Origin: an uncultured Bacteriovoracaceae bacterium
GTDB lineage: Bacteria > Bdellovibrionota > Bacteriovoracia > Bacteriovoracales > Bacteriovoracaceae
Reading direction: 5' to 3'
Assembly (NCBI GenBank): GCA_964012805.1
Contig: CAXGUD010000008.1
Coordinates: 32,001 to 96,000 of the forward strand
Length of the DNA: 64,000 nucleotides
Below are positions 27,978-37,613 of this stretch, in pieces (within the stretch, counting starts at the first letter, position 1; the number at the start of each line of letters is the position of its first letter). A program made the translations under genes and the position numbers. The notes beneath the pieces are model-generated. The model ran no database searches, was not told the origin of the DNA, and saw only the letters and a program-made list of their open reading frames with translations.

Positions 27978-28940
27978 TTATTCAAGGGAGAATTGAGTCA
28001 TTCGATTAAGGGCTTTTCCCATATCAACAAGAGGATTAAAAGTTTCTTTTTCAAGAACTTTTTTAAAAAAAGTTCTTTGAGACTTTGCAAGTTGTCTTGT
28101 ACTGATATTAATTCTCTCTAAATATGACTTTTGGCTGTCAAATTTACCTTCAATAAATTGTAGAGTTTCTTTGTACCCAATTGACTGAAGAGGCTTTTCA
28201 TCTCCTTTGAAGCCTTCTTTAAGAATCAACTTCACCTCATCAACTAGACCTTCTTTTATCATTTGTTTGGTTCTTTTTTCAATAATAATTTGATGTTGAT
28301 CTTTAGGGATGTCTAGGAAGGAGTGGAAAATTTTCCAATCCTGGGCTCCTCCATCTGAGAAATCATAAGGGTTTTGTGAATCAAGCCTATTTTTTTCAGA
28401 AGATATAGGAGTACCAGTTGTTTGGAAAAACTCAGTCGCTCTTATGATTCGGTAACTATCGTTTGGGTGTAAATGTTCATAAGAGTAGGGGTCATGCTTT
28501 TTTAAAATTTCCAAAAAAGGAGTAATGCCTTCTGTTTGAAAAAGAATTTCATTTTTTTCTTTTAGTTCCATTGGAATAGTTGGACAATCATACATTCCCT
28601 TTATAAGAGAGCGTAAATAAAAGCCACTTCCTCCAACTAAGACTGGGATAATATTATCTTCATGAAGTTTTTGAATAATGGGTATTGTCTTTTTATAATA
28701 ATCTGATGCATTTAATGGATTAGTTATCGAAGTAATATTAACCATGTAGTGAGAGAATTGTTTCAATTCTTTTGCTGTAGGCTTAGCTGTTCCTATATTT
28801 AGCTCATTGTAAAATAAGAGAGAGTCAAAATTAACAATAGCAAAAGGGATGTTTTTTTCTATGCCTTTTTGAATGAGTTCCAAGCTTACTTTTGTTTTTC
28901 CGGATGCAGTTGGACCTGAAATGATAATAACTTTTTTCAA
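27978..28940 (-). CDS. miaA: tRNA dimethylallyltransferase
   Basis: GPTASGKT, IGTAKP, VGGSGFY, SIGYKE, AKSQRT; follows mutL. Confidence 0.96.
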   Translation of the reverse strand: MKKVIIISGPTASGKTKVSLELIQKGIEKNIPFAIVNFDSLLFYNELNIGTAKPTAKELKQFSHYMVNITSITNPLNASDYYKKTIPIIQKLHEDNIIPVLVGGSGFYLRSLIKGMYDCPTIPMELKEKNEILFQTEGITPFLEILKKHDPYSYEHLHPNDSYRIIRATEFFQTTGTPISSEKNRLDSQNPYDFSDGGAQDWKIFHSFLDIPKDQHQIIIEKRTKQMIKEGLVDEVKLILKEGFKGDEKPLQSIGYKETLQFIEGKFDSQKSYLERINISTRQLAKSQRTFFKKVLEKETFNPLVDMGKALNRMTQFSLE

Positions 28941-28947
28941 GGCTCAA

Positions 28948-30714
28948 TTACCTCTTCTTAAATTGAAATAAGCCCTCAAGGGTTTTTTGATCTAAAAATT
29001 TGAAACTACTCTTTTGAGAGGTGTTTTTTAATTTATTACACATCGCTAAAAAAAACTTTTCACTCAGTTCATAGGACGATGAGGGGATGTTTTCAAGTAA
29101 AAACTCGCGGTTTTCATGAAAAAAGGATGGATTACCACTTAAGTTATTAATTTTATTTTGATTTGAAAGAAATGAGATGGTCAATATAATAGCTTGAATG
29201 AGCTCCTTATAGGGTAATAATTCAAGAAATTGAGGTATTGATCTGAGAATGAGGGTGTCTTCAGCTAGATACTCTAATTCAATTCCAAAATCTTCAAGTG
29301 ATTGGAGGGTTTTTTTGCTAAAGGTGGGACCCAATACAGAAAATGGTTCACTTATAAGTAAGGGAGACTTTTCTTCATTTTTAAAAGGAAAGTGCACTTT
29401 AAAAAAATGGAGGGCATAATCCACAAGGAGCTGTCTTTTATCAACAATAAAAGATGAGCCTTCAGCATCTTTAAAAAGAGAGTACGTAGGGGATAAATAA
29501 AAGTATGTATTTTTGTTTTCAGCGAGTGATTCTTCTTGAGAGTATTTATAGCTGAAGTCTTGCCCAAAAGTCGACTCGGTTTGATTTTGGTTTGATGAAA
29601 AGTAATCTGTAAATGGGTTAGAGTTTAAATGAGAACTGGAAGTATTATTATCATTTAACTTTTTATTTAAAGAAAAGGTTTCTTTTTTTAGCTCTTGGGC
29701 CAGCCCAGAGGATATAAGAGAATAGATGAGAGAGCTTTTTAAAAACTTGATTTGAGTTTTTCTCGGATGGACATTTATATCCATATGATTTTGAGGAAGC
29801 TTAATCTTAATAAGGTAATGACCAGTTGTCCCTTCCTGCCATAAAGAAGACATCGTCCTCAAAATAAGAGCATGTATTGTTTTGTCCGCAAAGAAACGAT
29901 TATTTGCAAAAAGAAATTGGCATTTGTGGGAGTTTCCTTTTGTAGATATCTTTGAAAAATATGCTTCTAGAGAATAATTATCGTAAGAGAATTCTAGTTT
30001 TTTAATTTCTTGGTTTGAGCTACTTCTTTTAAAAAAAACTTTCTGGACTCTTTTCAAATAATTTTCAGAGTTAACGGCATTATAAATTTCCTTATCTCCA
30101 GAATCGAAGGAAATCTTAAATGTTGTCTGAGGAGAAGAGAGTAGGAATGACTGGATTATTTTCCTGATTGCATTTTTTTCTGAGTTTTTGGATTTAATAA
30201 ACTTAAGTCTAACTGGAGTATTATAGAAGAGGTCCTTAATGGAAAGGGTTGTCCCTTGTTTCTCGTTAGAGACTTGGTGGTAAGTCTCTTGTTTTGAACC
30301 ATTGATTACAATCTTTCCACCCATTCCATTATTTTTCGCTGTTTTGCATATGAGTCTAGAGATACTACTAATGCTGGCAAGGGCTTCTCCTCTAAAACCA
30401 AAACTTGACAGGTTATAAAGGTCATCAAGGTTATTAATTTTTGAGGTCGCGTGGCGACAAAATGCATAGGGGAGCTCTTCGTAGCTCATGCCTTTTCCGT
30501 TATCTTTTATACTTATGAGTTCTAATCCATTTTCAATAATATGGACCTCAATTTCAGTAGAGTCTGCATCAAGTGAGTTTTCTATAACCTCTTTAATGAG
30601 TGAAGCGGGCCTTTCTATGACTTCACCCGCTTTGATCTGGTTAACTAAGAACTCGGGGAGAAGATTTATTGAGCAAGTTTCATGTTCACTAGTTGAATGA
30701 TCGGTAATTCTCAT
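28948..30714 (-). CDS. mutL: DNA mismatch repair protein MutL with degenerate C-terminal endonuclease motifs
   Basis: GEVIERPAS, DNGKGM, HATSKI, GFRGEALASI, DINVHP. Confidence 0.95.
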   Translation of the reverse strand: MRITDHSTSEHETCSINLLPEFLVNQIKAGEVIERPASLIKEVIENSLDADSTEIEVHIIENGLELISIKDNGKGMSYEELPYAFCRHATSKINNLDDLYNLSSFGFRGEALASISSISRLICKTAKNNGMGGKIVINGSKQETYHQVSNEKQGTTLSIKDLFYNTPVRLKFIKSKNSEKNAIRKIIQSFLLSSPQTTFKISFDSGDKEIYNAVNSENYLKRVQKVFFKRSSSNQEIKKLEFSYDNYSLEAYFSKISTKGNSHKCQFLFANNRFFADKTIHALILRTMSSLWQEGTTGHYLIKIKLPQNHMDINVHPRKTQIKFLKSSLIYSLISSGLAQELKKETFSLNKKLNDNNTSSSHLNSNPFTDYFSSNQNQTESTFGQDFSYKYSQEESLAENKNTYFYLSPTYSLFKDAEGSSFIVDKRQLLVDYALHFFKVHFPFKNEEKSPLLISEPFSVLGPTFSKKTLQSLEDFGIELEYLAEDTLILRSIPQFLELLPYKELIQAIILTISFLSNQNKINNLSGNPSFFHENREFLLENIPSSSYELSEKFFLAMCNKLKNTSQKSSFKFLDQKTLEGLFQFKKR

Positions 30715-30761
30715 GATGGGATGCTTTATAAAGTCTATTTGTTAGTGTCATATGGTACACT

Positions 30762-31667
30762 CTAGTCTCTATAAAACTTAACTTGATTTCGTCCACCTTT
30801 TTTTGCTTGATAGACTGATTCGTCTGCCCTTTTAAATAGGTCTGTTCCCGTTTTTACGCCTTTTCTATAGTCTGCGAGTCCAATGGAAGCAGTCACAGGC
30901 ATTTCTTTGCCTTCGTAGATAAATTGATGCTTTTCAATAAGAACTCTTAGTCTTTCCGCAATTTCAAAGGAGTTTTTTATGTTTGTTTTTGGCAACAAAA
31001 TAACGAACTCCTCTCCGCCGTAACGAGCAAAGATATCGAGTTCTCTCACTCCATTAGCTCTTATGAGTTCCGCAAGTTCCTTTAAAACAAAATCCCCTGC
31101 ATCATGGCCAAAATTGTCGTTAAGGTGCTTGAAGTGGTCCAAGTCGAAAATAATGAGGGAGAGTGGGTTTCCTGTTGTTTTACAATTGCCTATTTCATTT
31201 TCCAGAGCTTTGTTAAAATAAGATTTGTTAAAGCATCCAGTGTGCTTGTCTGTATTAGCTTCTTGCTTAAGTTTATCGTAGGTGAGTCTTTCAGGGTCTC
31301 CTTTGGGTAGATATTTCAGAGCAATACTACCAATTTTAATCATATCCCCTTTTTCAAGGGTTGTTGGTCCGCTAATTTTTTTATTGTTGACGAAAGTGCC
31401 ATTCTTGGACCCTAGATCTTCTATGACAACCGTATTTTCCTCCATGACAATTTTAAAATGATTTCTAGAAATTCCACCAAACTCAAGCTGAATTTGATTA
31501 TTTGAATTTCTTCCAGCGGTAATTTCGTTTTCTAGAAGGTCAAAAAGAGTTCCATTAAGATCTCCACCCACGATTAAGAGGGCCGGAGGTTGATTTTTAG
31601 CTTCGCTTTCTGCGCTTCCCAAAGCTGATTTGATATCTTTAAGAACAATAGTTGAATCATCGGCCAT
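30762..31667 (-). CDS. FHA-GGDEF diguanylate cyclase (DgcB-like)
   Basis: FHA GR...ISRNH...DLGSKNGT; DLDHFK.LND.FGH..GD; RELD I-site; GGEEF. Confidence 0.93.
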   Translation of the reverse strand: MADDSTIVLKDIKSALGSAESEAKNQPPALLIVGGDLNGTLFDLLENEITAGRNSNNQIQLEFGGISRNHFKIVMEENTVVIEDLGSKNGTFVNNKKISGPTTLEKGDMIKIGSIALKYLPKGDPERLTYDKLKQEANTDKHTGCFNKSYFNKALENEIGNCKTTGNPLSLIIFDLDHFKHLNDNFGHDAGDFVLKELAELIRANGVRELDIFARYGGEEFVILLPKTNIKNSFEIAERLRVLIEKHQFIYEGKEMPVTASIGLADYRKGVKTGTDLFKRADESVYQAKKGGRNQVKFYRD

Positions 31668-31744
31668 TATAGTACCTTTGTCTAAGCAATTATTTAAGTT
31701 AGAGTTTTCAGCTTGGCTTTTATGGTATCACTTGGCTTAATTAG

Positions 31745-31791
31745 AACAAAGAGGATAGAACTTTCCTAGAAATAGCAAAGTGTCTATCCTC
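31745..31791 (-). terminator. Intrinsic terminator after the acyl-CoA dehydrogenase
   Basis: GAGGATAGA...TCTATCCTC 9-bp stem followed by TTTGTT on the minus strand. Confidence 0.55.
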
Positions 31792-31813
31792 AAAATTTGT
31801 GAGGGAATTGAGA

Positions 31814-32956
31814 TTAACTTTCTTCTTTTCCTAAAAGGGTTTTTGCAATAATCATGATCATAATTTCGTTTGTTCCAGCGCCAATTTCATTAAGTTTATT
31901 ATCTCTCAAAAACCTCTCTACAGGAAATTCTCTACTATAGCCATAACCACCATGAAGTTGAATGGCATCAAGAGCGATTTTTGTGGCCATCTTAGGAATC
32001 GCAAGTTTTACCTGGGCTGCAATCAAAGGACCCTTTTTTCCTTGATCATATTCTTTTGCAACTGAGTAAAGAAAATGTTTCATCATTTCAGTTTCTGTCG
32101 ACATTTCTGAAATCATTTTTTGAATGAGTTGGTAGTCACCAATTCTTTTTCCAAACTGTTTTCGTTCTTTTGCATATTTAACACATTGATCTACACAAGA
32201 CCTGGCGATGCCAAGTGAAATACCTGCTATAGTGATACGTTCAATCTCTAGGTTCTGCATCATGTGGTAGGTAGAGTCACCTTCATTACCAACTCTAGAG
32301 CTTAGCGGGACTCTGCTTTTATCAAAAACAAGTTCACCAGTAGGTGAAGCCCTCATACCCATTTTGTGAATAGGTTTCCCTACAGTGAACTCATTATTAT
32401 TTTTGTCTAGAATAAAAGTTGTAAGGTTCTTTTTCTCAGACCCTGTGCGGGTATAGATATAGGCTATATCAGAGTATTGTGCATTGGTGATCCACATTTT
32501 AGTACCATTAATTTCGTACTCATCTCCAATTTGTTGAGCTTTCGTTTGAATTCCTATCGCATCTGAACCATTTTCAGGTTCACTCATACCCATGCAGCCG
32601 ATATGTTCCCCGGAAATTAATTTTGGGAGATATTTTTCTTTTTGCTCTTCGCTTCCATTTTGCTGAATGTTATTGACGCATAAGATGCTATGAGCAAGGT
32701 AACTTAGGGTTGATGAGGCACATACTGCTCCAAATTCTTCCATAACAATAGTAGCTGCTGTAGCCCCTAAGCCTGAACCACCATATTTAGGGTCAGCTGT
32801 TATACCTAGGAGGCCAAGTTCGCCCATTTTTTTAAAAGCTTTGAGGTTAAAGGTTTCCTTTTCATCATGTTCTTGTGCGTAAGGAGCTAATTCGTTTTGC
32901 GCAAAGTCACGACAGACTTTCTGCAACTCTTTTTCTTCATCAGTAAAAAACCACAT
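31814..32956 (-). CDS. Acyl-CoA dehydrogenase (isovaleryl-CoA dehydrogenase-like)
   Basis: MGMSEPENGSD, NGTKMWITN, KMGMRASPT, RKQFG, IQLHGGYGY, EIGAGTNE. Confidence 0.92.
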   Translation of the reverse strand: MWFFTDEEKELQKVCRDFAQNELAPYAQEHDEKETFNLKAFKKMGELGLLGITADPKYGGSGLGATAATIVMEEFGAVCASSTLSYLAHSILCVNNIQQNGSEEQKEKYLPKLISGEHIGCMGMSEPENGSDAIGIQTKAQQIGDEYEINGTKMWITNAQYSDIAYIYTRTGSEKKNLTTFILDKNNNEFTVGKPIHKMGMRASPTGELVFDKSRVPLSSRVGNEGDSTYHMMQNLEIERITIAGISLGIARSCVDQCVKYAKERKQFGKRIGDYQLIQKMISEMSTETEMMKHFLYSVAKEYDQGKKGPLIAAQVKLAIPKMATKIALDAIQLHGGYGYSREFPVERFLRDNKLNEIGAGTNEIMIMIIAKTLLGKEES

Positions 32957-33092
32957 GCTTTAACCCTTTCTTGATGGAATTTGATTATTTAAATGTCCTG
33001 AATCTACCCTTCAACCCTAAGAATGACAACTTTACATCATTGAAATCGAAAGGGTAAAATTTTCTTTGGTAACGTCTTGTGAGGTATGAATT

Positions 33093-34826
33093 TTGTCATT
33101 GATGACACCTGTACTTAAGGAAGAAGACACTATATTTCCTGGAGAAGGATGGTTTTTCTACTGGAAGACTTCGCCCTCTTTATGGGAAGAGAAGGTAAAG
33201 AGTTGTCTCTCGAGGTACCTCATCTGTCCCATTTTTTGGGGACATCATGTCACCTCAGAAAATAAATTTGATTTTGGAGAAGCCGTTCCGGAAACAGATC
33301 TGAAAAAGTTAACTGATATTGCATCGCGTTTTGAAAAGGAAGTCATCTTCTTTCTGCCTTTAGGGCCAGCTCCCTTTTTACCTAACGGTGGAGTTCCCTC
33401 ATCCATTTCAAGGTATTTCTCTTCTAATGGAAGGGGAATGACTCTTAGCGCTGTTGATTCTAGTGGAAACATCAATAAAATGGTGTCCTTTTTTGACCAT
33501 CGTATATTTCATGCCTACTCAAACTTTATCACTACTTTAGGTAATTTTTTTGAATCAAATGGAATAGAGGCAAATGTCTTTGGCGTTGAAAGCTATTACT
33601 ATGAAGAAAATCAGACAAAAGACTATATGGAAGACTACTCAAGGGTTTTTGAGGAAGCCTTCGCACGTTATTTAAACGAGCCAACAAACAGAGAAAAAGT
33701 CGAGGAATTAAAAAAACTAGAGGATGATCCTGAAAAAATAAGGGCTTTGGCCAAGCTTAACTTTTCTAATTCAATAAAAGAATTATATCGAGGCTTGGCC
33801 GAGGATGCTTTGGGAACTTTTTGGGAAGGTAAAATAGAGTATGTGTTTTTAGGAGGGGGGACAAAGGACCTTGTTTCAAGGATATTTGATATTGAGGACT
33901 CAGAAGTCTACTCGAAGCAGCTTTTTAAAAGTTTAAGTATCAGGTTAACGCCTTCCTCTATCCTTCTACCTTTTGGGCTAAAATCAACATTACTCAGGAA
34001 ACAGTTCTTAGACATTGTGGAAAACTGCCTTAATTTTCAGAATTTTGGTAAAAAACTATTTTGTGAAAAAGGGGAATCTTTTTATTTAGCTCATCACTCA
34101 TTTGAGCTTTTTTATGGACTGGATGAAGGTCGTAATTGGGATAAAATGAGCCTCTTGCCCTATATCCGAAGCATTTATCCATATACTTACAAATTAAAGA
34201 GTTTGGAGGACTTAATTTTTTCTGAGGATATTGATTACAATCAAAAGGTTATTTTTGTTGAAGGAAAAGGTTTAACTAAGAAAATTTTAAATTTTATTTT
34301 AAGAATATTTATGAATGGTGGAAATATTGTATTAAACACCAAGGGTCTTAATGATCAGTGTAAGAAAAGGCTTGAGCTCTTCATTTTAGAAAATGGAATT
34401 GAGTCAGAAAAAATCAACTTTAAATGTTCCTTAGAATATATGTCATTGGGAGATGGCAAATTTATTATTTTGAATGGAAATGAATTAGAGGAAAATTCTC
34501 AAAACCAGCTTCTGTTTTTTTGGGAAAGAGTTTTGAATATCTTTGATTGTAAACACCCAAAGTTCAAAGGAGCTGATGACTTACTCTTCTTTTGGAAATA
34601 TAGAGAGACTAACTCAATGGATTTAAACTTTGAAGAAATTCGAAGGCTTTCAGTTTATAACCCGACCAGTTACAAGAAGAAAGTGAAAGTTTGTTTAGAA
34701 AAAAGTTTCTCTCTTATTAAGCTTCTTGATCAGGGTGGTGTTCAAGTATCTACACAGCCTTATCAAATTGAAATAAAGCTATCACCAGGAGGTTTTCTTT
34801 CTTTAGACCTAGGTGTTTATTCGTAA
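33093..34826 (+). CDS. Hypothetical protein with degenerate GH35/GH42 beta-galactosidase-like features
   Basis: PIFWGHH..FDFG..DL..L.DIA..VIFFLPLGP..GGVPS resembles the GH35 N-terminus. Confidence 0.5.
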   Translation: MSLMTPVLKEEDTIFPGEGWFFYWKTSPSLWEEKVKSCLSRYLICPIFWGHHVTSENKFDFGEAVPETDLKKLTDIASRFEKEVIFFLPLGPAPFLPNGGVPSSISRYFSSNGRGMTLSAVDSSGNINKMVSFFDHRIFHAYSNFITTLGNFFESNGIEANVFGVESYYYEENQTKDYMEDYSRVFEEAFARYLNEPTNREKVEELKKLEDDPEKIRALAKLNFSNSIKELYRGLAEDALGTFWEGKIEYVFLGGGTKDLVSRIFDIEDSEVYSKQLFKSLSIRLTPSSILLPFGLKSTLLRKQFLDIVENCLNFQNFGKKLFCEKGESFYLAHHSFELFYGLDEGRNWDKMSLLPYIRSIYPYTYKLKSLEDLIFSEDIDYNQKVIFVEGKGLTKKILNFILRIFMNGGNIVLNTKGLNDQCKKRLELFILENGIESEKINFKCSLEYMSLGDGKFIILNGNELEENSQNQLLFFWERVLNIFDCKHPKFKGADDLLFFWKYRETNSMDLNFEEIRRLSVYNPTSYKKKVKVCLEKSFSLIKLLDQGGVQVSTQPYQIEIKLSPGGFLSLDLGVYS

Positions 34827-34841
34827 TTTTTTGGGGGTCCA

Positions 34842-35300
34842 ATGAATGAGCAAGAGGATATGGGTGTCTCTCTGCTAGAGGAAAACAAACTATTTGTCGT
34901 CTACGATTATGAGTCGGGTCGGAAGGAAAACTACTCGGGAGGCGGTGAAAAAGTATTTATTTTTCATTGTTTAAATAAATTTGGTTACCTGGACGATACA
35001 GTTATTAAAGATAACTTTGATAAGATAGGACATAAACTTAATGTCAGTTATTTAAGTAAAAAAATGATAGGACCATTTTCAAATAACTCAGAACTAGAAA
35101 CCTGCCTTGAAAAGTTTGTGAATGTTCATGATTACAACGGAATCATCCTACTTTCTTTAAGTGAGTTTAACGAGGTTCTAATCACAGCCAAGGATATTCA
35201 AGAGACTAGGAAAGGTCTTTTAAAAAAGGGGAAACTCCTACTTTCTTCCAAAAAAAACGCTCCTGGAAGATCTTTGATGAAAAAAATCTTTGGTTCATAG
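34842..35300 (+). CDS. Hypothetical protein
   Basis: 152 aa ORF directly after the previous gene. Confidence 0.65.
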   Translation: MNEQEDMGVSLLEENKLFVVYDYESGRKENYSGGGEKVFIFHCLNKFGYLDDTVIKDNFDKIGHKLNVSYLSKKMIGPFSNNSELETCLEKFVNVHDYNGIILLSLSEFNEVLITAKDIQETRKGLLKKGKLLLSSKKNAPGRSLMKKIFGS

Positions 35301-35507
35301 CGGATATCTAAAAAATCAATTTTAGAAGCTTATTTTTTGGTTCTTTTCCACTATTTTTTTCAAATTGTAAGGTTTTAAGTGTCAATTTAAGGCCTTTTTT
35401 TTCAATGCTCTTGATCTCTTAGGAACAAGCTAGTAAGTCTGAGTTCTAATTAGGTTCGGCTTTTTTAAGTTCTTGCTATAAATAAGTTTTATTTCTAAGG
35501 ATCAGTT

Positions 35508-36587
35508 TTGAAGGTAAAAAAGAGCCTCTTTTCTTTTTCCCTTGAAGAGATGAGAGATTACTTAACAGAAAACCAATTTTCCCGATTTAGTGCAGATCAA
35601 ATTTTTAATTGGGTATACAAAAAGTTTGTCTTTGATTTGGAGGGGTGGAGCAATGTGTCCAAAAAGATCAAGGAGCACTTTTTAGAGAATATAGATTTAT
35701 CGTTACCTAAAATTGTTTGGAATGGTTTGTCTGAGGATGGAACAAGAAAGTTTTTAACAAGATTTTCTGATGGTCAAACTGTAGAGAACGTTGCGATACC
35801 TGGCAAAGATAGGCTAACAATTTGTTTGTCTTCACAAGTTGGCTGCGCAATTGGCTGCGTTTTTTGTCATACAGGCACTATGGGACTTAAAAGGAACTTG
35901 GGAAGTGGCGAAATCATTGGTCAGTTTTTATCAATTACAAAATGGCTCAAAGAAAATGTTGGGGATGATGTTAGGTTTACTAATGTTGTTTATATGGGAC
36001 AGGGTGAACCACTTCACAACTTTGCTAACGTTAAGCAGGCAACAAAGTTACTTTTAGAGGATAAAGGTATTGGCTTAGGCCAGAGAAGAATAACTTTGTC
36101 TACTTCAGGTTTGGTTCATCAAATTGAAAAGTTAGGTGACTTTCCGCCAGTCAATATTGCTATATCTTTGCATGCGTCGCATGATAATATACGAACAGAG
36201 CTCATGCCAATTAACAAAATTTATGATTTAAAGAGGCTTTTTAGTGCCATAAAAAAGATACCTCTTAAAGCTTATAGAAGAATAACCTATGAGTATATCT
36301 TGATAGATGGGCTGAATGACCGATTGGAAGATATTGAAGGCTTAGATCACTTATTGAACTCTAGAGAATCAAAGATTAATATTATTCCTTTTAATGAATA
36401 CCCTGAGTCTGCTTTCAAAAGACCTTCGCCAGAAAAAATTAGATGGTTTCAAAAAGAACTCTTAGATAGGGGTTATATAACGACTGTTCGAGTTACGATG
36501 GGACAGGATATCTTAGCTGCATGCGGACAATTAAAAAGTGAGCTAGAAAAGCCCAATCTCTGGAAAAAAGAACAAATAATGGCTTAA
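35508..36587 (+). CDS. rlmN: 23S rRNA m2A2503 methyltransferase (radical SAM)
   Basis: SSQVGCAIGCVFC, MGQGEP, ISLHA, AACGQL. Confidence 0.96.
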   Translation: MKVKKSLFSFSLEEMRDYLTENQFSRFSADQIFNWVYKKFVFDLEGWSNVSKKIKEHFLENIDLSLPKIVWNGLSEDGTRKFLTRFSDGQTVENVAIPGKDRLTICLSSQVGCAIGCVFCHTGTMGLKRNLGSGEIIGQFLSITKWLKENVGDDVRFTNVVYMGQGEPLHNFANVKQATKLLLEDKGIGLGQRRITLSTSGLVHQIEKLGDFPPVNIAISLHASHDNIRTELMPINKIYDLKRLFSAIKKIPLKAYRRITYEYILIDGLNDRLEDIEGLDHLLNSRESKINIIPFNEYPESAFKRPSPEKIRWFQKELLDRGYITTVRVTMGQDILAACGQLKSELEKPNLWKKEQIMA

Positions 36588-36675
36588 CAGCTCCCTCCAA
36601 CAATTTTACGAAACTACCTATTTATGGGATTATCAAAAGTATCTATGCTCAATTTTTTTGTGGGAGGTCGTTTCC

Positions 36676-37593
36676 GTGTCTGAGTCAAAAAATAGGGGAG
36701 TTATTGGTATTCTCCTTATGGTCTTTATTTTCTTTGTCATTCTTATGATTTTTGCCTTTTACACGGTGAATGCATTTAAAAAGAGCAACTTTGATAATCA
36801 ATTTATGAATACGGGTAAAGAATCTATTGCCGTCGTTGAGATAAATGGTCCGATAATCACTTCAAAAGATACAATCGAAAGACTACATCAAGCTGAGAAG
36901 GATAAGAGGTATAAGGCAGTTATTGTGAGAATTAATTCTCCTGGAGGACCGGTTGCACCTACTCAAGAAATTTATCAAGAAATAAGAAGAATTGATGAGA
37001 GTGTTAAGCCTGTCTACACAAGTTTTGGCTCTATTGCAGCCAGTGGTGGCTATTATGTCGGGACTGCAGGAAGAAAAATATTCTCTAACCCAGGAACTTT
37101 AACAGGTTCAATCGGTGTTATTTCTCAATTTGTTGATCTATCCAAACTTCTTAAATCATTCAAAATAAATCCTTATATAATTAAAGCTGGAAAATATAAA
37201 GACTTGGGTCAACCGACTAGGGCTTTAACTAAAGAAGAAAAAATTATAATGAAAAAGCTCCTTAAGAACGTCCATAAGCAATTTGTTAATGACATTCTCA
37301 AAACAAGAAAAGACAAGATTAAAGGTAATATTTGGCAATATGCCCAAGGGCAAGTGTTTTCTGGGGAAGAAGCTGAAAAGTATGGTTTAGTAGATGAATT
37401 GGCTGGCTTATGGGATGCCGGGAGAAAAATTCATAAAGAGCTAGGAATTAAATCTCCTTTCGGACTTAAATTTATAAAAAAGAAGAAAAAGCTATCTTTA
37501 ATGCAGCTTGTAGAAGGACTTGATGATGTTGCAAAAGGTATGACTTCAAACCTTCTTTCTCAAGCTGTTCCAATGTTTCTTTATAAGCAATAG
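36676..37593 (+). CDS. sppA: Signal peptide peptidase SppA (S49)
   Basis: RINSPGG, AASGGYY, TGSIGVI; GTG start after GGAGG. Confidence 0.93.
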   Translation: MSESKNRGVIGILLMVFIFFVILMIFAFYTVNAFKKSNFDNQFMNTGKESIAVVEINGPIITSKDTIERLHQAEKDKRYKAVIVRINSPGGPVAPTQEIYQEIRRIDESVKPVYTSFGSIAASGGYYVGTAGRKIFSNPGTLTGSIGVISQFVDLSKLLKSFKINPYIIKAGKYKDLGQPTRALTKEEKIIMKKLLKNVHKQFVNDILKTRKDKIKGNIWQYAQGQVFSGEEAEKYGLVDELAGLWDAGRKIHKELGIKSPFGLKFIKKKKKLSLMQLVEGLDDVAKGMTSNLLSQAVPMFLYKQ

Positions 37594-37613
37594 GTAGAGA
37601 GAGGGGGGCTTCT

